From assembly GCA_021797915.1 (NCBI GenBank), contig JAJZYT010000002.1, forward strand, positions 65,040-129,039: 64,000 nucleotides of DNA, in the 5' to 3' direction. The stretch's first letter is position 1. The number at the start of each line of letters is the position of its first letter. The stretch comes from Thermoplasmata archaeon. Its GTDB lineage: Archaea > Thermoplasmatota > Thermoplasmata > Thermoplasmatales > GCA-001856825. Both the position numbers and the translations under genes were made by a program. A model generated the notes under the pieces. That model saw nothing but the letters and a program-made list of their open reading frames with translations. It did no database searches and had not been told where the DNA came from. Positions 54,165 to 62,720 of the stretch are shown piece by piece.

Positions 54165-54428
54165 CTAGAGTTTCTCATTCGGCCTGTAGAACTTGCTTGC
54201 AACTATCCTCTGATGATTCTCGTCATAGGCATAGACCGTGGAAAGGTCTTCATCTTCCGTTATTTCATGGCTCCCATCGCAAAATGGTTTGTTGTTAGAA
54301 AGACCACATCCACAGAATTCGACTTCAAATTCCAATAGCTTGGAGTTAGAATCCACTTTTTCCGCACCTTCAATGTCCCTGATCTTTATCCTATATGGTC
54401 CAGTCCTTTCATGAGTTATTATACGCAT
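54165..54428 (-). CDS. CDGSH iron-sulfur domain protein
   Basis: CGCGLSNNKPFCDGSH; start ATG 54428. Confidence 0.9.
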   Translation of the reverse strand: MRIITHERTGPYRIKIRDIEGAEKVDSNSKLLEFEVEFCGCGLSNNKPFCDGSHEITEDEDLSTVYAYDENHQRIVASKFYRPNEKL

Positions 54429-54853
54429 AACTGCTAACTTAAGCAAGATTAAAAAATCTTACCGTTGCAATAGCTGCTTATTGACATTATTCCATTCGCC
54501 TGGAATTTCTACCTCTCTAAGAAAATACGCATTCCTGTTTCCATAAGATAAGTAGGTGTCAAAAACGAAGTAGAACTAAGTGTTTGCTTGCAACCCTAAC
54601 TAAGAGTAAATTAACAGAGCAGGGCAGTCACTGAATTTGTGGTCGGAATTGTCACTCTATCCGTTACCTGTAGTATCAGCTAGCAATACATTTCCTTCAA
54701 TCGCTAGAGGTTATCTCCAACGTTCGGGCAGAATCCAATCAATGTCTTTGCAGCTCCATCTCTCCAGGCTCTGTTCAGAAGCCAAGATCATATCACCCGA
54801 ATTCAGAAGTATTGCGTATGGTGCAAAAGGCTTCCAATACGGCGCCCTACACT

Positions 54854-55198
54854 TCAGAGTAACTTTTCAACATACTGTTTCAAGGCGACTGCATTATTGA
54901 TATCCTCGACTTTGCTGGAGTAGAGAAATATCACATCATTCTTTTTACACAAATCAAGCAACTCAGCAGTGAGGGGATTCTTGTCAAGTTCTTTGAAATA
55001 TCTTCTCTTGAATTCATCCCACTTTTCGGGATCGTGTAAATACCATTTTCTCAGTTCATCAGTGGGAGCAATTTCCTTCATCCACTTATCCAGTTTAAGT
55101 TTCTCTTTTGTGATACCTCTCGGCCAGAGTCTATCAACCAGAATCCTGTACCCCTTTGACTTAGAAGTCTCGTTATAGATTCTTGAAATGGTAATCAC
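54854..55198 (-). CDS. DUF488 (YeaO-like) protein
   Basis: [40 protein letters not shown]. Confidence 0.9.
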   Translation of the reverse strand: MITISRIYNETSKSKGYRILVDRLWPRGITKEKLKLDKWMKEIAPTDELRKWYLHDPEKWDEFKRRYFKELDKNPLTAELLDLCKKNDVIFLYSSKVEDINNAVALKQYVEKLL

Positions 55199-55308
55199 TC
55201 CCGATTGATTAAAAAAGAGTTGATAATACTTACTCCGAAAATCTGAAAACGACTTTTTTTATATTTTAGCTTGGAAAGATTTATTAAGTACGCTTTAAGT
55301 CTCTAGAG

Positions 55309-56049
55309 ATGGACTCTAGTCTCTCTCTCAGTATAATAACTGCTACCCTCAATGAGTGGGGAAATGTCTCGCAGTTTGTTGACAGAGTGGAGAAGGCAGT
55401 TGGAAAAGGGCCGCACGAGATTATTGTAGTTGATGACAACAGCAGTGACGGAACGATAGAATTGTTAGAAAAAATTTCTCTCAGTAATCCGAACGTGAGG
55501 ATAATAGTAAATTCACAAAGGGAGGGGCTCTTGAGATCTAACCTGAGAGGCCTAAAAGAATCAAGAGGAGGGATCAAGATAGTGATGGATGCAGATCTTC
55601 AACATCCTCCAGAGATAATCGGAAACATAGTGAGACGCCTTGAAGGGGGGGAAGACTTTGCCGTCATGAGCAGATTTGTAAATGGTAGTCAAATCTATAA
55701 CAGGAACCCATACAGGGAATATGCCACTTCACTAGCAATCTCACTTTGTCACTGGATAATTCCACAGACGAGAAAATTCAAGGATCCCATATCCGGCTTC
55801 TTTGCAATCAACTCGAACATTGAGATACCCTACGAAAAGCTGTACGGTTTATTTGGAAACCAGAGGGGCTACAAGATTCTTGTACCTATAATAGCCAACA
55901 ATGTGAAGAAAAAGATAGTCGAGCTGCCTTACTATTTCGGTAACAGGTACTGGGGCCTGTCTAAGATAGGTACGGAAAATCTCCTGATTCCTAGATACCT
56001 GACCGAACTAAGTCAGTATCACAGCCTATTCAAAGAGAGCGTGTCCTGA
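55309..56049 (+). CDS. Glycosyltransferase family 2, polyprenol-phosphate mannose synthase (DPM1)-like
   Basis: VVDDNSSDGT, MDADLQHPP, SRF, DPISGFFA, GYKIL, R.WG.SK. Confidence 0.9.
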   Translation: MDSSLSLSIITATLNEWGNVSQFVDRVEKAVGKGPHEIIVVDDNSSDGTIELLEKISLSNPNVRIIVNSQREGLLRSNLRGLKESRGGIKIVMDADLQHPPEIIGNIVRRLEGGEDFAVMSRFVNGSQIYNRNPYREYATSLAISLCHWIIPQTRKFKDPISGFFAINSNIEIPYEKLYGLFGNQRGYKILVPIIANNVKKKIVELPYYFGNRYWGLSKIGTENLLIPRYLTELSQYHSLFKESVS

Positions 56050-56679
56050 ATGGAATCAGTCAGGGACAGAAAGATCAGGGAGGCGGTGGAATTCTTTTCT
56101 CGAATAAAAGTCGGAAATTCTTCTTTTATAGGAATAAGCGGGTCTGTATCTTACGAACCAAGGGAGGAAGACGACATAGACATCTTCTTGATCGCTAAGA
56201 ATAACCGTCTTTGGATTTCAATTCTTGAGGTTCTCATTTTCAGGAGAATATACAAGTTCAAAGATCTCTGTCTGTCCCTATGTATGGACGAAGCATATGC
56301 AACATCATATTTTTCAGAGCTGAAGGAAAGCATTGCTGTCAAGGATTCCATCCACGTGGTTCCAATTTCTGGTGAAGGTTATTTTAAGAGTTTGATAATG
56401 CGGTCTAGCATCATTTCGAGGAAGCTGAATAAAGAGGGTTGTTTAGAGGTCGCTAAAGACACACAAAAAGATCCTCCATTCAATCCTCTCGAGTTTCTAG
56501 CATTTGTTTTCGCGGCGGCGTGGATAAACATAAAAGCAATCATTACAAACAAGTCAAATCCGCAAAAAGGGGAAGGCTCTTTCAACACGATATTCTCCCT
56601 TCACACCTGCTATTTCAATACGGAAAAGTACAGAATTCTGAACGACAATTACATGGGAACAGAAGCGACTCTGGAGTAA
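56050..56679 (+). CDS. Putative Pol-beta superfamily nucleotidyltransferase
   Basis: GISGSVS-x6-DDIDIF (hGS..DxD) motif followed by RLW and DLCL; starts immediately after the GT2 stop. Confidence 0.62.
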   Translation: MESVRDRKIREAVEFFSRIKVGNSSFIGISGSVSYEPREEDDIDIFLIAKNNRLWISILEVLIFRRIYKFKDLCLSLCMDEAYATSYFSELKESIAVKDSIHVVPISGEGYFKSLIMRSSIISRKLNKEGCLEVAKDTQKDPPFNPLEFLAFVFAAAWINIKAIITNKSNPQKGEGSFNTIFSLHTCYFNTEKYRILNDNYMGTEATLE

Positions 56680-56688
56680 TGCTTAATG

Positions 56689-58467
56689 CTATCTGGCAAA
56701 GATGGCTCTCCTTACAAATCTGAACTCCCTCTTCCGAACCACCATCAGAATTGTCGTTATTACGCTCAGTGTGAAAGCCGTGACCAGAGGGAGTATGAAT
56801 AGGTTGGATGCCGTTATCCAAGTCCTGAGTGCTTCCTGTTGACCCAGAGAAGAAGCGAAGTAGCCCAAGGATAGGCTGGGAACTATGAAGTAAGTGAATG
56901 AGTAAGTCAGCAGTATGAATAAGAACGGGTATACTGAGAAGACTACGTAATTCCAAAGGTCCCTGTTTATCAGGAAGAGTGGAATAAGAACTATGAAGTA
57001 CTGAGGATCAACAAAATTGTAAGTTAGGAAGAAGAACATGAATTCCACGATTAGGTAATTCACTATGTTTCCCCTCCTAAGGTAGTAGACAATTGAGATA
57101 ATGACTAGGAATGGAAGGAATGTGTAAAGGAAGACGGATGGGAAATGAACGATTCCCAATTTTGAAACAATTATCTGCCACGTCAATCCCTGGGCGTTGA
57201 ACACCCCCCCAAAAGTGTTGGTCGATCTGCTATAAACGAGAGTCTCAAGATCTTTGACAAAATTCCCCGTATAGAAGTAGATGAGGAGCGCAGGCAGGGA
57301 TGACAGGACCGCAATTCCAAGGTCTCTTATTCTATTCTTGCTTTCTATCAGGATAAGGGGGAAAATGAAAATTGGGAAGATCTTAATCCAGAATCCTAAA
57401 ACTGACGCAAGAACGGCCAAATCACTCCTCCCCTTCTGAAAGTAAAACACGGACAGAAGGAGAAATACTGACGCAATAATGTCCAGTTGTCCCCATACAA
57501 CTCCAATCAGCATCACAAAAGGACTCAGCAACCATATCTTTGTGAGGTTGTATGGTAGATTGAATTTCTTGAGAAGGATATAATAAATAGCGACTACAGA
57601 AGTGACCATTGGAAGCTTCGCAAGAAGGTAGTATACCGGCAAAGACCGGGGAACAAATGCCAGCCAAGCTTCGTAGTAGTTGAAGCTCAAACCTGGGAAA
57701 ATGAGCGAGTGGGATGTGGGAATTGCAGTATGGGTGATGGCTCCAGACAGCCAATCCGCAATGACAGACCAGATCAAGTAATAGGGAGGATACGTCCACT
57801 TCAGCTCCCCCGGGATGTTGTGAGATTGAATGAATGGATTGGCTCCTGAAAGAATGTGAAATCCACCAGTGATCATGAAGAACATATCGAACCTATGCCC
57901 CAGAAAAGCAGAAAGAACTAGGAATGAAACAGCTATTGGTATGATCCACAGTCTAGACTTGAAGGGAGCTAAGTAGATTCCTGTAAGGAACAGAATAAAT
58001 GAGGACAAGAGTGAGAGCTCTCCAATAAGTGGCAGGGGAGATGACTTAATAGCAATTGAAACTGTAATGATCTGGCTGCCTATAGTCACGAAGAAATTCT
58101 CAGTTTGAAAAGATTTGTTCGGGTGAAGACCAAAATAGAATGAGAAATAGGACACGTTGTGGAATGTCCGGTTGAATACAGACAGATGGGTAGAATTCAC
58201 CTCGGTCACCGATACCTGAACGACGCTTTGAACACTCTTGAGCGTAACCGAGGCAAAGGCTGACGGACTGTACCACAAGAAGTTGTGGACATAGAGAACT
58301 GACGGGGTGATGCTAAGGTCTCCGCCATTAAAAGAATATTGTTCCAGTTGCTGCGGGGGGACGTTTACGGAAAGAGAAAAGGCTACCACGAAAAGTACTA
58401 TGGCTATTATTATCAGGGAATAGAATTTCTTCCTGTCTTGTTCCATAGCCTTTCTTTCTATTGACAT
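56689..58467 (-). CDS. GT-C fold membrane glycosyltransferase (GT87/Alg-like)
   Basis: Multi-TM; FDM, WTYPP, K.P, WLLSPF, WGQLD, KIFP, NFVDPQY motifs. Confidence 0.75.
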   Translation of the reverse strand: MSIERKAMEQDRKKFYSLIIIAIVLFVVAFSLSVNVPPQQLEQYSFNGGDLSITPSVLYVHNFLWYSPSAFASVTLKSVQSVVQVSVTEVNSTHLSVFNRTFHNVSYFSFYFGLHPNKSFQTENFFVTIGSQIITVSIAIKSSPLPLIGELSLLSSFILFLTGIYLAPFKSRLWIIPIAVSFLVLSAFLGHRFDMFFMITGGFHILSGANPFIQSHNIPGELKWTYPPYYLIWSVIADWLSGAITHTAIPTSHSLIFPGLSFNYYEAWLAFVPRSLPVYYLLAKLPMVTSVVAIYYILLKKFNLPYNLTKIWLLSPFVMLIGVVWGQLDIIASVFLLLSVFYFQKGRSDLAVLASVLGFWIKIFPIFIFPLILIESKNRIRDLGIAVLSSLPALLIYFYTGNFVKDLETLVYSRSTNTFGGVFNAQGLTWQIIVSKLGIVHFPSVFLYTFLPFLVIISIVYYLRRGNIVNYLIVEFMFFFLTYNFVDPQYFIVLIPLFLINRDLWNYVVFSVYPFLFILLTYSFTYFIVPSLSLGYFASSLGQQEALRTWITASNLFILPLVTAFTLSVITTILMVVRKREFRFVRRAIFAR

Positions 58468-58792
58468 TTAGATCGTTGGGTCAATACTAATTCTCTATGT
58501 ACATACTGTTAACATACACCAAAGTTGGAGTTTGCCGTAACAAATGGGGGGAGCAAGGGTGCCTATTTAATTGGTTTTTAATGGGAATGCGCACTCTGTT
58601 CGGTGATTCCAATGATTTTACCATACTGAAATACCACATAAAGAAAGTTAATAATCTTTGTCAAATTCTTAGTATAGCCGAAGGAAAACCAGTGTATACA
58701 ACAGAAGACGATGGAATTTACTAAACGATAAGTGCAATACACAAAGAAAAATCAATAAAGATGCGGTTCCTTTAGATTCTGATTGATGTATT

Positions 58793-59773
58793 GTGAATGA
58801 ACATTCCAAAGGTGATTCAGACTATCAAGAGATTGTTAGCAACTTCGAGAAATTGGACTTTGTTTCCCTATGGGAGGGGAGAGATAAAGTCAATCTTCTC
58901 GAAAAAAAAATTCTATCACATCTTCTGAACAGTTCAGATGGGAGACGGATTCTAGAGATCGGTCCTGGCAACGGAAGATTGACAGGCACCATTAAAGCCT
59001 ATGCCAGTGAATTCGTAGCCACAGACATAAATATGTCTTTCCTTAATGAAGTCAAATTGAAGTATGGACTTAATGATGCGTTCTACGTCGCATCGAATTT
59101 ATATCACCTTCCCTTCGCAAATAATTCGTTTTCATCAATCGTAATGATTAGAGTATTTAATTTCATTTCAAGACCTCTCAGTGTGATAGAAGAGCTATCT
59201 AGGGTCCTAGTTAGCGGAGGTCATGTATTGATTTCGATAAGTCCAAGGCCCTCACTATCTACACTGATTGACGACCTGAAATACATTGGTTCCTCTGACC
59301 ATTCCAAGGGACAAAAGAAACGCAGTATTACATTTTCAAATAAGGACATGACTCCAGTTCATCCTGCTTCGTACCCTACCTTTGTGTTCAGGAGCAGTTT
59401 TATAAGGAGTCTTTTTAAAAAGGCAGGATTCAAAGAGGTAGGTTGCGTTTCTAGCGGTCTGGAGGATTATTCCATTCTTCGAGCCATTCCAGCGGGAAGC
59501 TTATTCAATATTGGTATTATATTTCGCAGTGTTCCAATATTCCCCACCATGTTCTTTCATTTTCAAAAGGGAAATGATAACCAAACTTCGCTTAGAGTCA
59601 TCAAAGACATTCTGCAGTGTCCATCTTGCGGCTCGAAGTTGCCCGTAGAAATGGAGAATGGCAAAATTGAATGTGAGAAGTGCGGATTTGTTGGGTTCAC
59701 TAGTAACGGAATAATTGATCTTACTTATGTACCGGAACAAGCCGAAGTTGCAGAAGAAGGGCAATGGAAGTAG
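58793..59773 (+). CDS. Class I SAM methyltransferase with C-terminal Trm112-like zinc ribbon
   Basis: ILEIGPGNG, LPF....FS, RVL..GG; C-terminal LQCPSCG...CEKCG....NGIIDL. Confidence 0.85.
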   Translation: MNEHSKGDSDYQEIVSNFEKLDFVSLWEGRDKVNLLEKKILSHLLNSSDGRRILEIGPGNGRLTGTIKAYASEFVATDINMSFLNEVKLKYGLNDAFYVASNLYHLPFANNSFSSIVMIRVFNFISRPLSVIEELSRVLVSGGHVLISISPRPSLSTLIDDLKYIGSSDHSKGQKKRSITFSNKDMTPVHPASYPTFVFRSSFIRSLFKKAGFKEVGCVSSGLEDYSILRAIPAGSLFNIGIIFRSVPIFPTMFFHFQKGNDNQTSLRVIKDILQCPSCGSKLPVEMENGKIECEKCGFVGFTSNGIIDLTYVPEQAEVAEEGQWK

Positions 59774-59886
59774 ATCACGAACGAACCAATAGAAAGGGTT
59801 AATACTCACATTTGTAACAGCGACCTAATCAAAATGGTCATGTCAAACGATCCAAAGAAACGAATTAAGGGCGGTAGGCGTTTAAG

Positions 59887-60663
59887 ATGGTAGGCAGGAT
59901 AGATGTTATCATTCGAACTTTCAATTCCGAATCTACCCTGCGAGACTGCTTACGCAGTGTTGTCGAACTTCTCCCTGTAAACAGACTCATTTTGGTGGAT
60001 CATCACAGCATTGACCGCACAATTGAGATAGCTAGAGAGTTCGGTTGCGATATCTATTTTGAAGAAGAAGGATTAGGGAAGGCTACGACGATAGGGATAG
60101 ATAGTTCGACCACGGAAGAGATTTTGTTTATTGACAGTGACATTACGGTAAAAAGGGGAGACTTTGTGGAAATTGCATTGAAATACATGAAAAATCCAAC
60201 GGTTGGCGCAGTAGTCGGAATGTCAATGGGACACAAGTTCTCTTACGGAATACCCCTTGGTATGACTTTATTCAGGAGATCCGAGATATCGCGCGTGAAG
60301 ATCCCGGGGCATATCTTGGCGAGGGAGACTTACTTCATTCAGAAGTTATACAAGGAGAGTGGGTTCAAGGTGAGATACGTTCCAGATTCTAACATTCATT
60401 CATCAGAGAGCCGCAAATACGAACACTGGCCAGAATGGCAGGGATCGTGGGTTAGAATGACCTCTGGGTTAAATCCCAGGGAGGTTGTCTACTCCATGAT
60501 CGTTGTCTTCTTGTTACTGAGCAATTCTAGAAATGTCAAGAATTTCTTTTATTTTCCGATATTTCAACTGAAATTACTCAGAGGATTTCTACAACCAGAG
60601 AAGTGGTCGCGCAACTTTAGAACAGGAGATTTTCTTACCTCGAAGAGTTCAGGTGGACAATGA
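59887..60663 (+). CDS. Glycosyltransferase family 2
   Basis: VIIRTFNSE, VDHHSIDRT, FIDSD (DxD). Confidence 0.85.
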   Translation: MVGRIDVIIRTFNSESTLRDCLRSVVELLPVNRLILVDHHSIDRTIEIAREFGCDIYFEEEGLGKATTIGIDSSTTEEILFIDSDITVKRGDFVEIALKYMKNPTVGAVVGMSMGHKFSYGIPLGMTLFRRSEISRVKIPGHILARETYFIQKLYKESGFKVRYVPDSNIHSSESRKYEHWPEWQGSWVRMTSGLNPREVVYSMIVVFLLLSNSRNVKNFFYFPIFQLKLLRGFLQPEKWSRNFRTGDFLTSKSSGGQ

Positions 60664-60884
60664 AGATATATTCTGAAAGGTTTGCTATTAAGTACCTCTT
60701 CTCTAACAGTGGAGTTTGCTTCGGAGTGGACACAAAGAAGTGCTCTTATCTCTTCATCGCTTCTCGCAAGGGTGTTCTCTTCCAGAGAAGACCAGTTGGA
60801 GACAAAGTTGTAGAAAATCTCAACTATGAAATTCCAGCTATTTATGATGCCTTGTTAGGAGAAAAAGAAGGCTCAGCCGGCTGA
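60660..60884 (+). CDS. Small hypothetical protein
   Basis: ATGA overlap with the upstream GT2 stop and AGGTGG SD; 74 aa. Confidence 0.55.
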   Translation: MKIYSERFAIKYLFSNSGVCFGVDTKKCSYLFIASRKGVLFQRRPVGDKVVENLNYEIPAIYDALLGEKEGSAG

Positions 60885-62018
60885 GGTTTGTGGTTCCATT
60901 ACCAAAAGAAAGTGGTCTCCAAGCATATAGAATGGCCATCTCTTACCTAACCAGGAATCTATCTTCTTCAGCTCGTTTAGTCTTCCGTTGAACATCCTGA
61001 CGTACTTCACGAAATTTGATGGAAATATGATGACGGGGACACCCTCCCTATAAACAGACTTGAAGTACGGTTCGAATATTCTTAGAATTTCAGGTACAGA
61101 ATACGAATATATGTCGATACAAAACCTTGACTCTCCCTCAGGTGATATACTTTTTAGTCTGTTAAAGGCAAGTCTTGGCTTGAACTTGGCAAGATAACCT
61201 CCAATTTCTTGAGCGCAATACTTATTGTATATCCCCATAACAAGTCTTCCATCGCCTTTTAGGAGGGAGTGAAGCTTGGCCGGGATTGTATTAAGACCTC
61301 TTATACAATTAATAGCTCCGTAGGTGGAGTAGATTCCATCAAACGAGTTCTCTCCGTATAAAGGGATCAGCCTCTCTATCTCTTCACCGTTCAACTTGAG
61401 TGTTGATAGATTTGATTTCAGATCTAGATCTCTAGCTTTCTTTGAGACTATCTCGAGCATCTTAGATGATACATCCACTGCAAGAACACTATGACCTTTC
61501 TTTAGAAGCTCTATTGTCTCCGTTCCCGTCCCGCTTCCAATTTCCAATAGATGGGAAGGTTTGTCAAAGACTCTCTCCATCAGGGCGAGAGACCTCTCCC
61601 TAAGTAGATAGTTTACTTCATTTCCAAAAATGTGCTCGTCGTAATTGCTTGCAATTGAATCAAATTCTGACTCCAACCATTTGGAATATACATCCCCACT
61701 CTCATCACCCGATGGTGAACCATCAAGCTCAATTACCCTAGAAGAGGAAGAGAACCATTTGTCTGTTTTCTCCCTCCCATATTTTTCGGAGAGCAATTCC
61801 ATTACCCTATCCTTGATTTCCTGTTCGGAAACCAGAGCTGTCTTCCTAGAGAGCAACATCCCTTCCAACCTTACCACGGCTCTTCCGTTTCTCAGTATCT
61901 TCGATGGCCATCTGGCATCGTTGCCGCTTGATGCTAAATATATTTTATCTCCTACTTCAACGTAAGCAAGCTCTATCTCGTCTCTATTGGTGACCAGTTT
62001 GAGGCTCTCCTTTGCCAT
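60873..62018 (-). CDS. Class I SAM methyltransferase with N-terminal split-barrel (deazaflavin/nitroreductase-like) domain
   Basis: FDSIASNYD, LLEIGSGTG, VDVS..ML, FDGIYSTYGAINC; N-terminal 100 aa with KIYLAS...RW...KY pattern. Confidence 0.8.
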   Translation of the reverse strand: MAKESLKLVTNRDEIELAYVEVGDKIYLASSGNDARWPSKILRNGRAVVRLEGMLLSRKTALVSEQEIKDRVMELLSEKYGREKTDKWFSSSSRVIELDGSPSGDESGDVYSKWLESEFDSIASNYDEHIFGNEVNYLLRERSLALMERVFDKPSHLLEIGSGTGTETIELLKKGHSVLAVDVSSKMLEIVSKKARDLDLKSNLSTLKLNGEEIERLIPLYGENSFDGIYSTYGAINCIRGLNTIPAKLHSLLKGDGRLVMGIYNKYCAQEIGGYLAKFKPRLAFNRLKSISPEGESRFCIDIYSYSVPEILRIFEPYFKSVYREGVPVIIFPSNFVKYVRMFNGRLNELKKIDSWLGKRWPFYMLGDHFLLVMEPQTSAG

Positions 62019-62204
62019 ATCTCACTCCGCAACCAGAATTCATAATTTAAAGTTACTTAAATGCATAAGATGGACTCAAGATTCTCGCCACAAGAAGGTT
62101 AAGTATAGCTTGATATCGAATTCATCGAATGTAACCTGAAATTTATTTAACTCTGCCTAAGAATATCAGGAAACCTATAAATAGGAACATTTGAATGAGA
62201 AGGC

Positions 62205-62675
62205 ATGTCAGAAACCGAAAAGGGCTCCAGTAATTTCAGAGCAGAAGGGGCTCTATTCATAGTAGCATTCATGGTGGCAGTAATCATCCTTTTGACAGAT
62301 AAGAATCTCCAAACCGATTTCGGAATTCACGCACGTTACTTCATCCACTGGTACGGAATGCTTGTTATTGCGATTGTAGCTCTCATCGCAGGCGCTATAC
62401 TCTTAACCACAAAGAAAAGGAGTTTGGGTCTCGCCGGTACGATAGGGTCCGCATTCATCGCTCTATTCCTAGTCAGTGATTTAGCGACCTATTCCCAGGT
62501 TGGATTTACCAGTGTTTCTCAGTTCGCAACTTACCTGTTCGGAGTGACCAAGTATCCCGGGTCTCTCTCTTACATTCCGGGAATATACGATCTGTTGGTC
62601 ATTCTGTTCGTACTCACTGCGGTAACCGGTGCAATTTCATTGAGAAGGAACAAGAAAGAAGAACAAACGATCTGA
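62205..62675 (+). CDS. Hypothetical integral membrane protein (about 4 TMs)
   Basis: Hydrophobic segments, DKNLQTDFG...YFIHWYG; TATAAATA 29 nt upstream. Confidence 0.7.
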   Translation: MSETEKGSSNFRAEGALFIVAFMVAVIILLTDKNLQTDFGIHARYFIHWYGMLVIAIVALIAGAILLTTKKRSLGLAGTIGSAFIALFLVSDLATYSQVGFTSVSQFATYLFGVTKYPGSLSYIPGIYDLLVILFVLTAVTGAISLRRNKKEEQTI

Positions 62676-62720
62676 ACCAAATTTTCTGACGAGGTGCAAC
62701 CAGAATTGATCTGGCTGATA

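Noticed and set aside
54714..54850. Minus-strand RAPYWKPFAPYAIL resembling a carbamoyltransferase C-terminal motif
   Set aside because: Too short, no start or further motifs; cannot be distinguished from chance
58497..58724. 75-aa ORF between divergent genes
   Set aside because: AT-rich promoter region; no motifs or RBS
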